DNA from: an uncultured Ignavibacteriales bacterium | GTDB taxonomy: Bacteria > Zixibacteria > MSB-5A5 > GN15 > JAAZOE01 | Assembly (NCBI GenBank): GCA_964549765.1 | Contig: CAZJWR010000008.1 | Span: forward strand, 16,097 to 80,096 | DNA length: 64,000 nt | Direction of reading: 5' to 3' | Part shown: positions 39,688 through 49,588 of the stretch, in pieces | Layout of the letters: every line of letters starts with the position of its first letter | How positions within the stretch are numbered: the stretch's first letter is position 1 | Made by a program: the position numbers and the translations under genes | Notes under the pieces: model-generated | The model's input: only the letters and a program-made list of their open reading frames with translations | What the model was told of the DNA's origin: nothing | Databases searched by the model: none

Positions 39688-39724
39688 TGATGGGGCTTGG
39701 CTATGGCAGGCCCCATCGTTTTCT
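39688..39724 (+). terminator. Probable intrinsic terminator
   Basis: GATGGGGCTT...AGGCCCCATC followed by GTTTTCT. Confidence 0.55.
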
Positions 39725-39864
39725 CTCTTGCAACGATATTCGAACCCAATTTCTTTAGGTATGAATCAACGGCGGCAGAATGCTGTCTTTGCTTTGAGGC
39801 GGACAAAACTTTCTTATTCTTGATCGACCTGCGTGGCCCTCCACGGAGGGGCGATTATTTGCTA

Positions 39865-40065
39865 TCACGTATACCGGGCGGAGGTGCCGTAGCCGCAGAC
39901 GGGACATTGGATAATATTGCCCGGCTCCCGTACCAGTTTGGCGAACCGGCAATTGGGGCATAACTGGCCCTCCCGAACAATCACTACCGACTCGGAAGAT
40001 TCACCGCCGGAAATCGAGTACGATTTGCCGTTGGACGCCTGATTGTCCTTATCCGTCATATCCAT
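39865..40065 (-). CDS. Small zinc-ribbon protein
   Basis: 66 aa with CPNC-x14-CPVCGY. It fills an otherwise empty gap. Confidence 0.6.
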   Translation of the reverse strand: MDMTDKDNQASNGKSYSISGGESSESVVIVREGQLCPNCRFAKLVREPGNIIQCPVCGYGTSARYT

Positions 40066-40234
40066 AGAGGGAATAAGATATGGTATTCGCGAGGGGAAAA
40101 CCCGATCTTTTTCGGGAAGATTCGTTCATCTTAAGTGTATTCTCCATAAAGAAATACGGATTTCTGCGGCAATATTTTGTTGATATGCCGGGACGGACGC
40201 CGTAAAATTTTTGTATAAGGAAATGGAGGCACAC

Positions 40235-41602
40235 ATGAAACGCGTATGGCAGTGGGTAATAGCGGTAATCTTGTCGGCGAGTATCCTCGCAGGGACGGCT
40301 ATGGCCGACGATATCGCCCTGACGGTATACAATTCCAATCTCGGTGTTGTCCGGGAAACGCGCAATCTGACCTTCGAAAAAGGCTCCGGCCGGATCGCCT
40401 TTACCGACGTCGCGGCGCAGATCGACGCCACCTCGGTCACGTTCGAAATGGCCGACACCACCCTGGCGGTGGATATTTTGGAACAAAATTATGCGTATGA
40501 TCTGGTCAGCCCCGACAAAATCTACGGCAAATACATCGATCAGAATATAGACATCATCACCGAGAAGGGCGAGTTGTTTTCCGGTACGCTGCTGTCGTAC
40601 ACCGGCGGCTACCTGATCATCAAGCAGGCCGACGGCAAAATCCGGTCGGTGGTGCAGGGAACCGTCCGTGACGTGACCTTCCCCGATCTCCCCGACGGGC
40701 TGATTACGCGGCCGACGCTGTTCTGGCTGTACACTTCCAATTTCTCCGGAAGCGCCGACGCCATAGTCGGTTATCAGACAAGCGGCATAAGCTGGCACGC
40801 CGAGTACGTGGGCGTATTGTCGGGCGACGAGAAAAACCTCGATCTCACCGGCTGGGTGTCGATCGACAATCGCAGCGGCAAAACATACAAAGACGCCAAA
40901 TTGAAAGTCATCGCCGGCGAAATCCATCGCGCCCAGCCGGAGACCCCCATCTATCGGGGGGGTGTTGTGGAGCAACTGTCCATGGCCAAGGGCGCGCCGG
41001 GTTTTGAAGAAAAGCCGTTTTTTGAATATCACCTATACACTCTGCCGCGAAAAGCTACCATTGCCGACAACGAAACCAAGCAAATTTCGATGTTTGAGCC
41101 GGCCCGCGCCACAATTACCAAGGAATTGCGCTATCAGGCCTCACCCGGCAACAAAGACGTCAATGTATATATCAAAATGAAAAATTCCGAGGCGGTGGGG
41201 CTCGGCATGCCGCTTCCGGCGGGCCGGGTGCGGATCTTCAAAGCCGATACCGACGGGTCGCTGATTCTGTTGGGTGAGGATCGTATCGATCATACGCCGA
41301 GGAACGAAGAAGTCAAGCTGACGGTCGGGCAGGCCTTCGACGTCGTCGGCGAAACCACCGAAGTGACGCGACGGCGCGTAACCGACAAAATCACCGAAAC
41401 CGACTACCGCATCGAGGTTCGCAATCAGAAGGACGAGGCGGCGACGGTAGTGGTATCGTATCGACCCTATGGGTATTGGGAAATCGTGAATCCCAGCCTC
41501 GATTATGCCAAGAAATCGGCTAATGAGGTGGAATGGACCCTGACGATTCCGGCCCAGGACAAGCAGACGATCGATTTCACTCTGCGCGTCACTCAGCCGT
41601 GA
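40235..41602 (+). CDS. DUF4139 domain-containing secreted protein
   Basis: GGAGG RBS; signal peptide; LTVYN..LGVVRE.R, LEQNY.YDL, GLITRPTL.W, FEYHLY.L, GMPLPAG.VR. Confidence 0.88.
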   Translation: MKRVWQWVIAVILSASILAGTAMADDIALTVYNSNLGVVRETRNLTFEKGSGRIAFTDVAAQIDATSVTFEMADTTLAVDILEQNYAYDLVSPDKIYGKYIDQNIDIITEKGELFSGTLLSYTGGYLIIKQADGKIRSVVQGTVRDVTFPDLPDGLITRPTLFWLYTSNFSGSADAIVGYQTSGISWHAEYVGVLSGDEKNLDLTGWVSIDNRSGKTYKDAKLKVIAGEIHRAQPETPIYRGGVVEQLSMAKGAPGFEEKPFFEYHLYTLPRKATIADNETKQISMFEPARATITKELRYQASPGNKDVNVYIKMKNSEAVGLGMPLPAGRVRIFKADTDGSLILLGEDRIDHTPRNEEVKLTVGQAFDVVGETTEVTRRRVTDKITETDYRIEVRNQKDEAATVVVSYRPYGYWEIVNPSLDYAKKSANEVEWTLTIPAQDKQTIDFTLRVTQP

Positions 41603-41625
41603 TGATGGGGCCGGGAAAATCGCGG

Positions 41626-41654
41626 TTGACAATCAGTCGCCGGTGTCATAGATT
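41626..41654 (+). promoter_or_regulatory. Sigma70-type promoter
   Basis: TTGACA-N17-TAGATT. Confidence 0.5.
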
Positions 41655-41688
41655 GAACCGGTTTTGATTAACGTATCGGGAGGTAAAT

Positions 41689-43062
41689 GTGAGATTTGTG
41701 AAGATAGCAATAGCCCTGATAATGATTGCGGCCCTGGCCGGTCCGGTCGCGGCCCAGGAATCCAATTGCCAGACGCAGCAGTGTTTTGTGCAGTCGGCGA
41801 AGATCCATTACAAGGTTTACAAGAAAACGAAACTACGCGAGGATTTATACCACTGCATCGGACTTCTCAAAACGGCGTCGTCGATGTTTCCGCATCACCC
41901 GGAACTGTACTATTATCTGGGGACGTTCTATGCGGAAATCAACGCCATCGACACCATGGTGGCGTATTTCGATTCGACGACGACGTATTGCGACGACGAA
42001 TCGATCGATCAGTCGCAGCGGAACAACTGCTTCAAGGGCGACAAGTACATCGAAAAGATGAAGAAATTGCGCGAGGATATCTGGGAACGGACATACAACG
42101 ACGGCGTGAACTATATGGGACAGTACGACACCGTCCAGGCCATGATCGGACGGACGCAGAACGAGGATTCGCTCAAAACCCTCGACAGCCTCAAGCAGCA
42201 GGCGTATAAGCTGGCCAAGGAAAGTTTCGACCTGGCGCTGCTGGCCAAACCGGCTGATCCGCGTACATACGACGCTCTGGCGGTTTTGTATGAACGGGAA
42301 AAGAAATATCAGGACGCCATCGACGTTTACACCAAGGCAATCGGCCTGATGGGAGAGGATTCGGCCCTGACGTCCAAGCTGGCCTATGCTTATATCTATA
42401 TCCCGGATTGGGAAAACGCCATCAAATGGTTCCAGAAGTACCTGACCTATGCGCCGGACGACGTCAACGCCCTGATCAACATGTCGGTGGCCTATAACGC
42501 CCTGAGCGATTATGAAAAATGGTATGAATACCTGGACAGGGCGCTGAAACTGCAGCCGGAGAACACGCAATTGCTGTTCAACGCCGGTCAGTATTGGTTT
42601 TTGAAGATGCAGGAAGCCAATGATAGTCTGACGGCAATTACCGATTCCACGGCCGAGGCCAAAGAACGGCGCAAAACCTTTGACGCTCGGGTCGTGGCGG
42701 ACCGTGACAGCGCCATCGCATCTTTCGAACAAGTCATCAAGATTAATCCGGAAGATACCGATGCGCTCAAACGGCTGGGAATTCTGTATCTTATTGCCAC
42801 CCAGACGGAGAAGGCGGCCGGTGTTTTCGAGCAGTATCTTCAGATCGATTCGACCGACGTCTCCGCCCTGGATTATCTCAGCCGCGCCTATATTATCCTG
42901 GGCAAGACCAAAGAGGCGATTCCGCCGCTGGAAAAGATGGTCGATCTGGATCCTGGCAATCTCGACGCCTGGCAGCGGCTGGCCGAAATTTATGAATATA
43001 ACGGCATGCCCGATAAGGCCAAACAGGCCCAGGCCAAAGTCGATGAGCTGAAAAATTTGTGA
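41689..43062 (+). CDS. Secreted TPR-repeat protein
   Basis: GTG after GGAGG; signal peptide; multiple A...Y.KA...P TPR units. Confidence 0.88.
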   Translation: MRFVKIAIALIMIAALAGPVAAQESNCQTQQCFVQSAKIHYKVYKKTKLREDLYHCIGLLKTASSMFPHHPELYYYLGTFYAEINAIDTMVAYFDSTTTYCDDESIDQSQRNNCFKGDKYIEKMKKLREDIWERTYNDGVNYMGQYDTVQAMIGRTQNEDSLKTLDSLKQQAYKLAKESFDLALLAKPADPRTYDALAVLYEREKKYQDAIDVYTKAIGLMGEDSALTSKLAYAYIYIPDWENAIKWFQKYLTYAPDDVNALINMSVAYNALSDYEKWYEYLDRALKLQPENTQLLFNAGQYWFLKMQEANDSLTAITDSTAEAKERRKTFDARVVADRDSAIASFEQVIKINPEDTDALKRLGILYLIATQTEKAAGVFEQYLQIDSTDVSALDYLSRAYIILGKTKEAIPPLEKMVDLDPGNLDAWQRLAEIYEYNGMPDKAKQAQAKVDELKNL

Positions 43063-43091
43063 TTGGCCGCGACCGGCCTAAAAGGTATCAT

Positions 43092-43118
43092 GGGGCAGCC
43101 TTCGGGCTGCCCTTTTTT
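43092..43118 (+). terminator. Intrinsic terminator between the TPR gene and priA
   Basis: GGGCAGCC-TTCG-GGCTGCCC-TTTTTT (UUCG tetraloop). Confidence 0.8.
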
Positions 43119-43122
43119 GCGT

Positions 43123-45597
43123 ATGAGCGATAAACTGATAAATCTGGCCGTTGCCGGTCCCTATCATAATCTCTTCACCTACAAGGCGCGCGATAAGGAT
43201 ATCCTTGATCTGGAGCGAGGCTGCCGTTTTCTGATACCGTTCGGCGCCGGCGCCAAAGTCGGGTTTTTTGTCGACTACCAGACAGAGCCGGTGGAATATC
43301 GCCTCAAGTATCCCAAAGAACGAATCGATGCCGCATCACCCTTTCCGGACTATCTCTTCGATTTCTGCCTCTGGCTGGCCGACTATTACTATGCCGGGCC
43401 GGGCGAAACGCTGGCGGCGGCGCTTCCCGGCGCCGGGACCAAACGACCGCAGCTTGACTACGAAGTCGTCGATACATCTTATCTCGAAAATCAAGTGTCG
43501 GGCGAGACCCCCAACAGCGCATTGGCCCGCAGATTCCTTCGTTATGGAATCGTCAAAGAATTGTCGCTGGCCGGCGATAAGACACATCTCCCGATCATCC
43601 GTGACTGGATCGAACGGGGCGTCATCAGGACGCGCTACCGCGTCCGCAAGAAGCGCCGGAAAATGCTCGGCTATCGATTGGCATCATCACCCAACGCTGA
43701 CCTGGATGCGCAAACGGAGAGTGCCCCAAGCATCCGGCCCGATATGGTCTACTCCCGCGCCGATCTTCTCGGCCGGATGGGTTTCACCGCGTATCAGATT
43801 ACCAAGCTGCTGAAGAATGAGATAATCGAAAGGGTTTTCGACGACACCGGTATGTCCGATTTGACGACCTATCCGATACGGCATGAACTTCCGCATATGG
43901 ACCTGCTGGACGGCCAGAAACAAGCGCTGGATCATATTCTGCCCGCCGTGCGCGACAACAAATTCGCACCGTTTCTGCTGTTCGGCGTCACCGGGTCGGG
44001 CAAAACGCTGGTTTATTGTCACGCCGCCCGCGAGGCCGTGGAAGCAGGCGGTTCGGTGTTGGTGATGGTTCCGGAGATCGCCCTCTCGGGGCTTCTGCTG
44101 TCATCGTTCGCGGCTTTTTTCGGCGACCGCGTGGCCGTGATGCATTCCGGTTTGACGAATAGTGAACGCCTGGCGGTGCGCGAACGGATCGCGTCGGGCG
44201 AAGTGCGGGTCGTCATCGGGCCCCGTTCAGCCATATTCTCGCCGCTTCACAATCTCCGCCTGATTGTCATCGATGAGGAGCACGATCCGTCCTACAAGCA
44301 GGACGATCCCGCTCCCCGCTATAACGGCCGCGACGCGGCCGTCATGCTCGCCCGGATGGCATCCTGTCCGATAATTCTCGGATCGGCATCGCCGTCGATC
44401 GAATCGTACCAAAACGCCATCACCGGGCGTTATCATCTGCTGACTCTGGATCAACGGCCCAAATCGGGTTACCGCATGCCGTCGATTGAAATGCTGGATA
44501 TGAAGCATGAGAAAATCTCAGGCGACTGTTCCTTCATGTCCTATCGCTTGAAAAAGGAAACCGAGATTCATCTCGCCGCCGGCGGCCAGGTGATCTATTA
44601 TCTCAATCGGCGGGGATTCAGCCCGAGGCTCAAATGCGCCGACTGCGGCGAGGTGCCGTCGTGCCCCGATTGCGGCGTAACGCTGACTTATCACAAATCG
44701 GGACGATCCCTCAAATGTCATTTTTGCGACCGGGTCGAGCCGGCGCCCGACCACTGTCCCCGTTGCGGTTCCGGCGAATTTCTCTATCTCGGCGCCGGCA
44801 CACAGCGGGTAGAAGAGGTCCTGACACGACTCTTCGAAAACGCCCGGTCGGTGCGGATCGATTCCGACCGCACGGCGACCAAGTCCGGTCGGCTGATTCT
44901 CGGTGATTTCGCCGAAGAAAAGTATAATCTACTGGTGGGAACACAGATGGTGACCAAGGGGCTCGATATCCCCGGTGTGACCCTGGTCGGCGTTCTTTCA
45001 GCCGATATCGGCCTCGATATGCCCGATTTCCGCGCCGCCGAAAAGACCTATGCCCGCCTGCTGCAGGTCGCCGGGCGGGCCGGGCGCGGCGACCGGGACG
45101 GGGTCGTCATGATCCAAACCTATTACACCGATCATCCCGTCATACGATATCTGCAGAGGGAAGGCTATCGGCCGTTTTTCGATGCCGTCATCGAAGAACG
45201 CCGTCAACTGCTTTATCCACCGTTTTCGCGCCTGATCAATATCACGTTGTCGGGCGAGGATGAGAAGCTTCTGGAGAAGGAAGCTCTCCGGTTTCGCGTC
45301 AAGCTCGAAGAGCGCCTGGCCGGCCTCGCCGCGAAAAACCGCCCTGTCGGTCAGGACCCACGCAGTCCTGATGGTGTTTCAGCAAAGGATTCCGCATCCT
45401 ATCTTCAGGTTGCCGGGCCGGCCCCGGCGCCGATGTACAAACTGCGCGGATCGTACCGCCGCCGGATTTTCATCAAAACGACGGCCATCCGCAAGATCGT
45501 TGCCCGCCTGCGTCGATGGGAGACAGACGAAAAAAACTTCTCTCTTCCCGCCAAAATACGGGTCATCATCGATGTCGATCCCGTCGACATGATGTGA
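43123..45597 (+). CDS. priA: Primosomal protein N' (replication restart helicase)
   Basis: GVTGSGKT, VPEIAL, DEEHD, GSASPS, LNRRG, four CxxC pairs, QVAGRAGR, and terminal DVDP. Confidence 0.96.
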   Translation: MSDKLINLAVAGPYHNLFTYKARDKDILDLERGCRFLIPFGAGAKVGFFVDYQTEPVEYRLKYPKERIDAASPFPDYLFDFCLWLADYYYAGPGETLAAALPGAGTKRPQLDYEVVDTSYLENQVSGETPNSALARRFLRYGIVKELSLAGDKTHLPIIRDWIERGVIRTRYRVRKKRRKMLGYRLASSPNADLDAQTESAPSIRPDMVYSRADLLGRMGFTAYQITKLLKNEIIERVFDDTGMSDLTTYPIRHELPHMDLLDGQKQALDHILPAVRDNKFAPFLLFGVTGSGKTLVYCHAAREAVEAGGSVLVMVPEIALSGLLLSSFAAFFGDRVAVMHSGLTNSERLAVRERIASGEVRVVIGPRSAIFSPLHNLRLIVIDEEHDPSYKQDDPAPRYNGRDAAVMLARMASCPIILGSASPSIESYQNAITGRYHLLTLDQRPKSGYRMPSIEMLDMKHEKISGDCSFMSYRLKKETEIHLAAGGQVIYYLNRRGFSPRLKCADCGEVPSCPDCGVTLTYHKSGRSLKCHFCDRVEPAPDHCPRCGSGEFLYLGAGTQRVEEVLTRLFENARSVRIDSDRTATKSGRLILGDFAEEKYNLLVGTQMVTKGLDIPGVTLVGVLSADIGLDMPDFRAAEKTYARLLQVAGRAGRGDRDGVVMIQTYYTDHPVIRYLQREGYRPFFDAVIEERRQLLYPPFSRLINITLSGEDEKLLEKEALRFRVKLEERLAGLAAKNRPVGQDPRSPDGVSAKDSASYLQVAGPAPAPMYKLRGSYRRRIFIKTTAIRKIVARLRRWETDEKNFSLPAKIRVIIDVDPVDMM

Positions 45598-45748
45598 AAC
45601 CGAGGTGCCGACATCGGGCCGATCATTCCGTGCGGTGAATGGTGATAATACGCTCCAATATTGTTTGATTTTCTCGTATCATAGTATGATATTACTGCAG
45701 GAGAGGCAAATTCTGCTATCGCTTTCGCATTAAAAAGGAGATGTATTC

Positions 45749-46483
45749 ATGCCCGACAAAAAAGACGGATGTGTCTCGCCCGCCGCCGGGCCGATTATCC
45801 CCGACGCGGACAAGACGTCCGACGAACAACCTCAATCCCCGACAAAAGAGGTGATCAAAATGACGGCAAAAGTAGGCAAACAGGCCCCCGATTTCGAGGC
45901 CAACGGCTTCTATAAGGACGGTTTCAACAATTTCAAGTTGTCCGATTACAAGGACAAATGGGTGTTGCTCTGTTTCTACCCCGGCGATTTCACCTACGTT
46001 TGACCGACCGAACTGGCGGCGGTCGCCGCCATGAAAACCGAACTGGACAAGCTCGGTGTCCAGGTGCTGTCCATGTCCACCGACAGCCGATTCACGCATA
46101 AGATCTGGCAGGAGGAGGAGCTGTCCAAGATGGTTCCGGGCGGGTTCCCGTATCCCATGCTGTCCGACCAGGGCGGGCGGATCGGATCGGTGTACGGTGT
46201 ATATTCCGAGGAGGAGGGCGTCGATATTCGCGGACGGTTCATTATCGATCCCGACGGCGTTATCCAGGCTGCGGAAATCATGACGCCGCCGGTGGGGCGC
46301 AATGTGACCGAGTTGATTCGGCAGGTCAAGGCGTTTCAGCATGTCCGCAAAACCGGCGAGGTGACGCCGGCCGGATGGCAGCCCGGCAAACCCACCCTGA
46401 CACCCGGCCCTGCTCTGGCGGGCAAGGTGTGGAAGGAATGGAAAGTCGAGAACGCCTTTGCGAAGGAGAAAGTCACGCCGTAA
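45749..46483 (+). CDS. prxU: Selenocysteine-containing peroxiredoxin (AhpC/Prx1-like, 244 aa; UGA at 46001-46003 read as Sec)
   Basis: ORFs 45749-46003 and 46031-46483 are in the same frame. The junction reads FYPGDFTYV-TGA-PTE, so TGA occupies the peroxidatic Cys position of FTFVCPTE. A SECIS-like hairpin follows. Confidence 0.92.
46014..46031 (+). promoter_or_regulatory. Bacterial SECIS-like hairpin
   Basis: TGGCGGC-GGTC-GCCGCCA: a perfect 7-bp stem with a G-first loop, separated from the UGA by 10 nt. Confidence 0.75.
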
Positions 46484-46492
46484 ACACGATTG

Positions 46493-46521
46493 GGACCAGG
46501 AGTCCGAAGGACTCCTGGTCC
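46493..46521. repeat. Perfect hairpin after prxU (terminator-like or REP-like)
   Basis: GGACCAGGAGTCC-GAA-GGACTCCTGGTCC. It shares the CAGGAG...CTCCTG core with the REPs at 10380 and 58093. Confidence 0.6.
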
Positions 46522-46746
46522 ATAATTCCTTCCGGATATTGCGCCCGTTGGGCGGTATCCGATCATAAAATTCTCTCGATTGAGTTATTATCCGCTATCG
46601 AACATCAACTCCCAATTCGCAGGCGACAGGCGGCGCATCATAATCTTTTTATGGCACATCGGCGCCCACACGTATAGATTGGATGGAACCGATTATGCGC
46701 CTGTTATAACGCGCATGCGATCGATGTGCACAGAGTGACAGTCATT

Positions 46747-48336
46747 ATGAATAATGATAAGAAACCATTGAGCATATCCGGCTATCTGGTGATCGCGGCC
46801 GGCGTCGTCCTGGTGAGGCTGGTCTTTGCGGGACTTGTGAATTTGCTTCCCGAGGAAGCCTACTACTGGAGTTACGCTCAACATCTGGACATCGGATATC
46901 TGGATCATCCCCCGATGGTGGCCTGGCTGATCTGGCTGTCGACGTCGCTGGGCGGACAGGCGGAATTTTTCGTCCGCCTGCCGGCGTTCATCTGCTGGAT
47001 TATCTTCGTCGTCTTCATGGTCCGCTTTGCCCGCCGGCTGATGGGGGATACGGTCGCATCACCGACCATGATTCTGACGGCGACGCTGCCGATCTATTTT
47101 TCCGTAGGTTTCCTTATGACGCCCGATGCGCCGTTGTACGCCTGCTGGGCGGGGGCGTTGTATTTTCTGGAACGGGCGCTGGTGGGGAAACAGGGCCGCG
47201 CCTGGCTCTGGGCCGGGGTGTGCGTCGGACTGGGGCTGCTGTCGAAATACACCATGGGGCTGATTGTCGGATCGGCCTTTGTGTATATGATCATCGACGC
47301 CGATTCGCGGCGGTGGTTTCGCCGTCCGGAACCCTATGTCGCCGGCTTGATCGCGGCGGTGATTTTTCTCCCCGTTATTATTTGGAATTATCATAATGAC
47401 TGGGCGTCGTTTGCGTTTCAGGGATCGCGGCGGTGGAGCGGCACGATCAGATTTTCGTTACATGAAATGCTGGGCGCGGCCGTGGTTCTTTTAACGCCGA
47501 TCGGATTTCTGGCGGCGATGGAGGCGCTGTTCAAACCGCAACGAATCGGCGGGGCTTCCGGCGGAACCGAATCGGGGGAGAGACGCGGACGATGGTTCAT
47601 GCTGATCTTTGCGCTGGCGCCGCTGAGTATATTCATCCTCAACAGCCTCCGCAGTCAGGCCAAATTGAACTGGACGGGGCCGGTCTGGCTGGCGATTTTG
47701 CCGCTGATCGCGTATCGTCTCGCCGCTCATCGAGACGAAATCCGCAACCACTTCGGGCGATTCATCCATGGCGGATGGAAGCCGACCGTTATCACACTGG
47801 CGATACTCTACCCTCTCTGTTTTCTCTATATTTTTCTGGCAACGCCCGGCTTCACACCGGCGAATGGGCTGCCGCTGCCGACGGCCTGGCCCGAGCTTAC
47901 CTCGGACGTATATCAAATCAGGGACAGCCTGCAAAACATCGAAGGCAAGACACCGCTCATGGTCGGCCTCCACCATTATTGGATCGAAAGCGAATTGAGT
48001 TATTACGGTCTGCGCACGACCGATTCATTGCCGGACGTGGGCGGAAGCGCCTTTGTGGATGGCGGCAGCCTGATGTGGAACCGGTGGATGCCGCCTGAGA
48101 AAGCAATCGGCAGAAATATCCTGCTGATCGGTTTCAGCGAATCGTCCCTGGAGCCGACATGGGTAACCAAGCACTTCGATACCCTCTCAACCATCCGGCG
48201 GGTGCCGATCAAGAAATACGGCCGCACGGTCGGACACTTCTTCTGGCGCTACGGTTACGATTATCGCTGGCCGCCGGGCGCGTTGTCTTCGCAAGCAGAA
48301 AGCCAGACGATTCCCGACGGCGTCATCGGCAATTAA
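46747..48336 (+). CDS. GT-C fold membrane glycosyltransferase (GT39/ArnT/PMT-like)
   Basis: PEEAYYW, GYLDHPPMVAW, TPDAPL, GLLSKYT and many TM helices. Confidence 0.9.
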   Translation: MNNDKKPLSISGYLVIAAGVVLVRLVFAGLVNLLPEEAYYWSYAQHLDIGYLDHPPMVAWLIWLSTSLGGQAEFFVRLPAFICWIIFVVFMVRFARRLMGDTVASPTMILTATLPIYFSVGFLMTPDAPLYACWAGALYFLERALVGKQGRAWLWAGVCVGLGLLSKYTMGLIVGSAFVYMIIDADSRRWFRRPEPYVAGLIAAVIFLPVIIWNYHNDWASFAFQGSRRWSGTIRFSLHEMLGAAVVLLTPIGFLAAMEALFKPQRIGGASGGTESGERRGRWFMLIFALAPLSIFILNSLRSQAKLNWTGPVWLAILPLIAYRLAAHRDEIRNHFGRFIHGGWKPTVITLAILYPLCFLYIFLATPGFTPANGLPLPTAWPELTSDVYQIRDSLQNIEGKTPLMVGLHHYWIESELSYYGLRTTDSLPDVGGSAFVDGGSLMWNRWMPPEKAIGRNILLIGFSESSLEPTWVTKHFDTLSTIRRVPIKKYGRTVGHFFWRYGYDYRWPPGALSSQAESQTIPDGVIGN

Positions 48337-48439
48337 TTTTGGTCTTTTTCATCCGGCGGTTGTCGAAATTTATGTTATGCGCGTTATATAATGATGTGTA
48401 TCGCTTGTAGATGTTGTTATATCGCGAAAAGGAATTCGT

Positions 48440-49321
48440 ATGGCGAAAATATTTTCCGATTTATCCGGTTCGACCTGGAGGCAAATCATACTCTGGTCGA
48501 TCTTCCTGACCCTCATCGGATGCAAATCCACGAAAGTCGAAAGCAGTTGGGCGGCGCAGCCGATGCAAATCGACGGTTCGGCCTCGAACTGGCGCGACCT
48601 GCCATTGACATTTTTCGAAGACGAGCGATTATCAATCGGCTTCGCCAACGATTCGACGAATATGTATATCCTTCTTCGGACCAGCAATCTATCGTTCATC
48701 CGAGGAGTCCGCCGAGCGGGGATCACGCTGTGGCTGGACGCCAAAGGCGGCAAGGATAAAACAAGAGCCGTCTTTTATCAAGGCGGGCCCGATCCGAAAG
48801 CGATGCAAAAAGCCGGCTTGGTCGACCATACCATTAATGCGGCCCGGATCGGTGATCGACCGTTCATGAAAAACATGCTGTCCGACAGCATGCCGCATGA
48901 AAGATTTTCATATATCGACGAAAGCTATTATCTGGAGAAGAATATCGATCCCGACGGAACATTCGGTCCGGCCATAGCGGTTGGCGTCGAGGACGGGTTC
49001 TGCATCTACGAGCTCAAGATACCGCTGACCGATGCGCCCCCGGAGCTGTATGGCATAACAGCGCAGCCGGGGCAAAAAATCTCCATCGGCGCCGAATGGC
49101 AAGAGATGGATACCGATAAATTCCGCGGCCGGTTTCCCGGTGGACGAGAGGGAACTCCCGATGGCGGGCAGGGTTTTCCCGGCGGCTTCAGGCAGGATGA
49201 TACGCCCTTCGGTGGCGGCGGGATGCGTCCCGGCGGCATGAAGGGCGGCCCCAGAGAAGGCCCGTCGATGGATAAAAAGGATATCTGGATCAAGACGCAA
49301 TTGGCCCTTCCGCCGGCGTGA
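48440..49321 (+). CDS. Hypothetical lipoprotein with a Gly/Met/Pro-rich tail
   Basis: Lipobox LIGC; IDG...W, ND..NMY and YELKIPL motifs. Confidence 0.75.
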   Translation: MAKIFSDLSGSTWRQIILWSIFLTLIGCKSTKVESSWAAQPMQIDGSASNWRDLPLTFFEDERLSIGFANDSTNMYILLRTSNLSFIRGVRRAGITLWLDAKGGKDKTRAVFYQGGPDPKAMQKAGLVDHTINAARIGDRPFMKNMLSDSMPHERFSYIDESYYLEKNIDPDGTFGPAIAVGVEDGFCIYELKIPLTDAPPELYGITAQPGQKISIGAEWQEMDTDKFRGRFPGGREGTPDGGQGFPGGFRQDDTPFGGGGMRPGGMKGGPREGPSMDKKDIWIKTQLALPPA

Positions 49322-49442
49322 CATCGTCAGTTATAATGATTATGGCCATGACTCGTTGTATGCCGGCCAACTACATCCCACCCGTGCAGGGCATGAGTGG
49401 GCCACCGCGACTGGTTTGCTTGAATTCGGCACTTATGCTCTG

Positions 49443-49470
49443 TTCCGCAGGGTCCTCTGACCCTGCGGAA
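49443..49470. repeat. REP-like palindrome
   Basis: TTCCGCAGGGTC-CTCT-GACCCTGCGGAA. Confidence 0.6.
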
Positions 49471-49494
49471 TAGCGACCCACTTACTTGAATAAT

Positions 49495-49523
49495 AAAAAA
49501 AAGGGCGGCCGGACGACCGCCCC
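49495..49523 (-). terminator. Intrinsic terminator after the dsrK-like gene
   Basis: Minus strand GGGCGGTC-GTCC-GGCCGCCC-TTTTTTTT. Confidence 0.7.
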
Positions 49524-49588
49524 ATTTACTCACTTCCCTATAGATAAGCATGCCGGACGGGGAAAATCCCGAGCAGCATAAAACCCGC

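Noticed and set aside
45749-46483. Peroxiredoxin as a nonsense-mutated pseudogene or two separate genes
   Set aside because: The stop is TGA precisely at the catalytic Cys, both halves are intact and in frame, a SECIS-like hairpin follows, and selD is nearby.
49327-49490. Structured intergenic region as 6S RNA or another ncRNA
   Set aside because: Only one short local palindrome is evident, with no long closing stem or central bubble.
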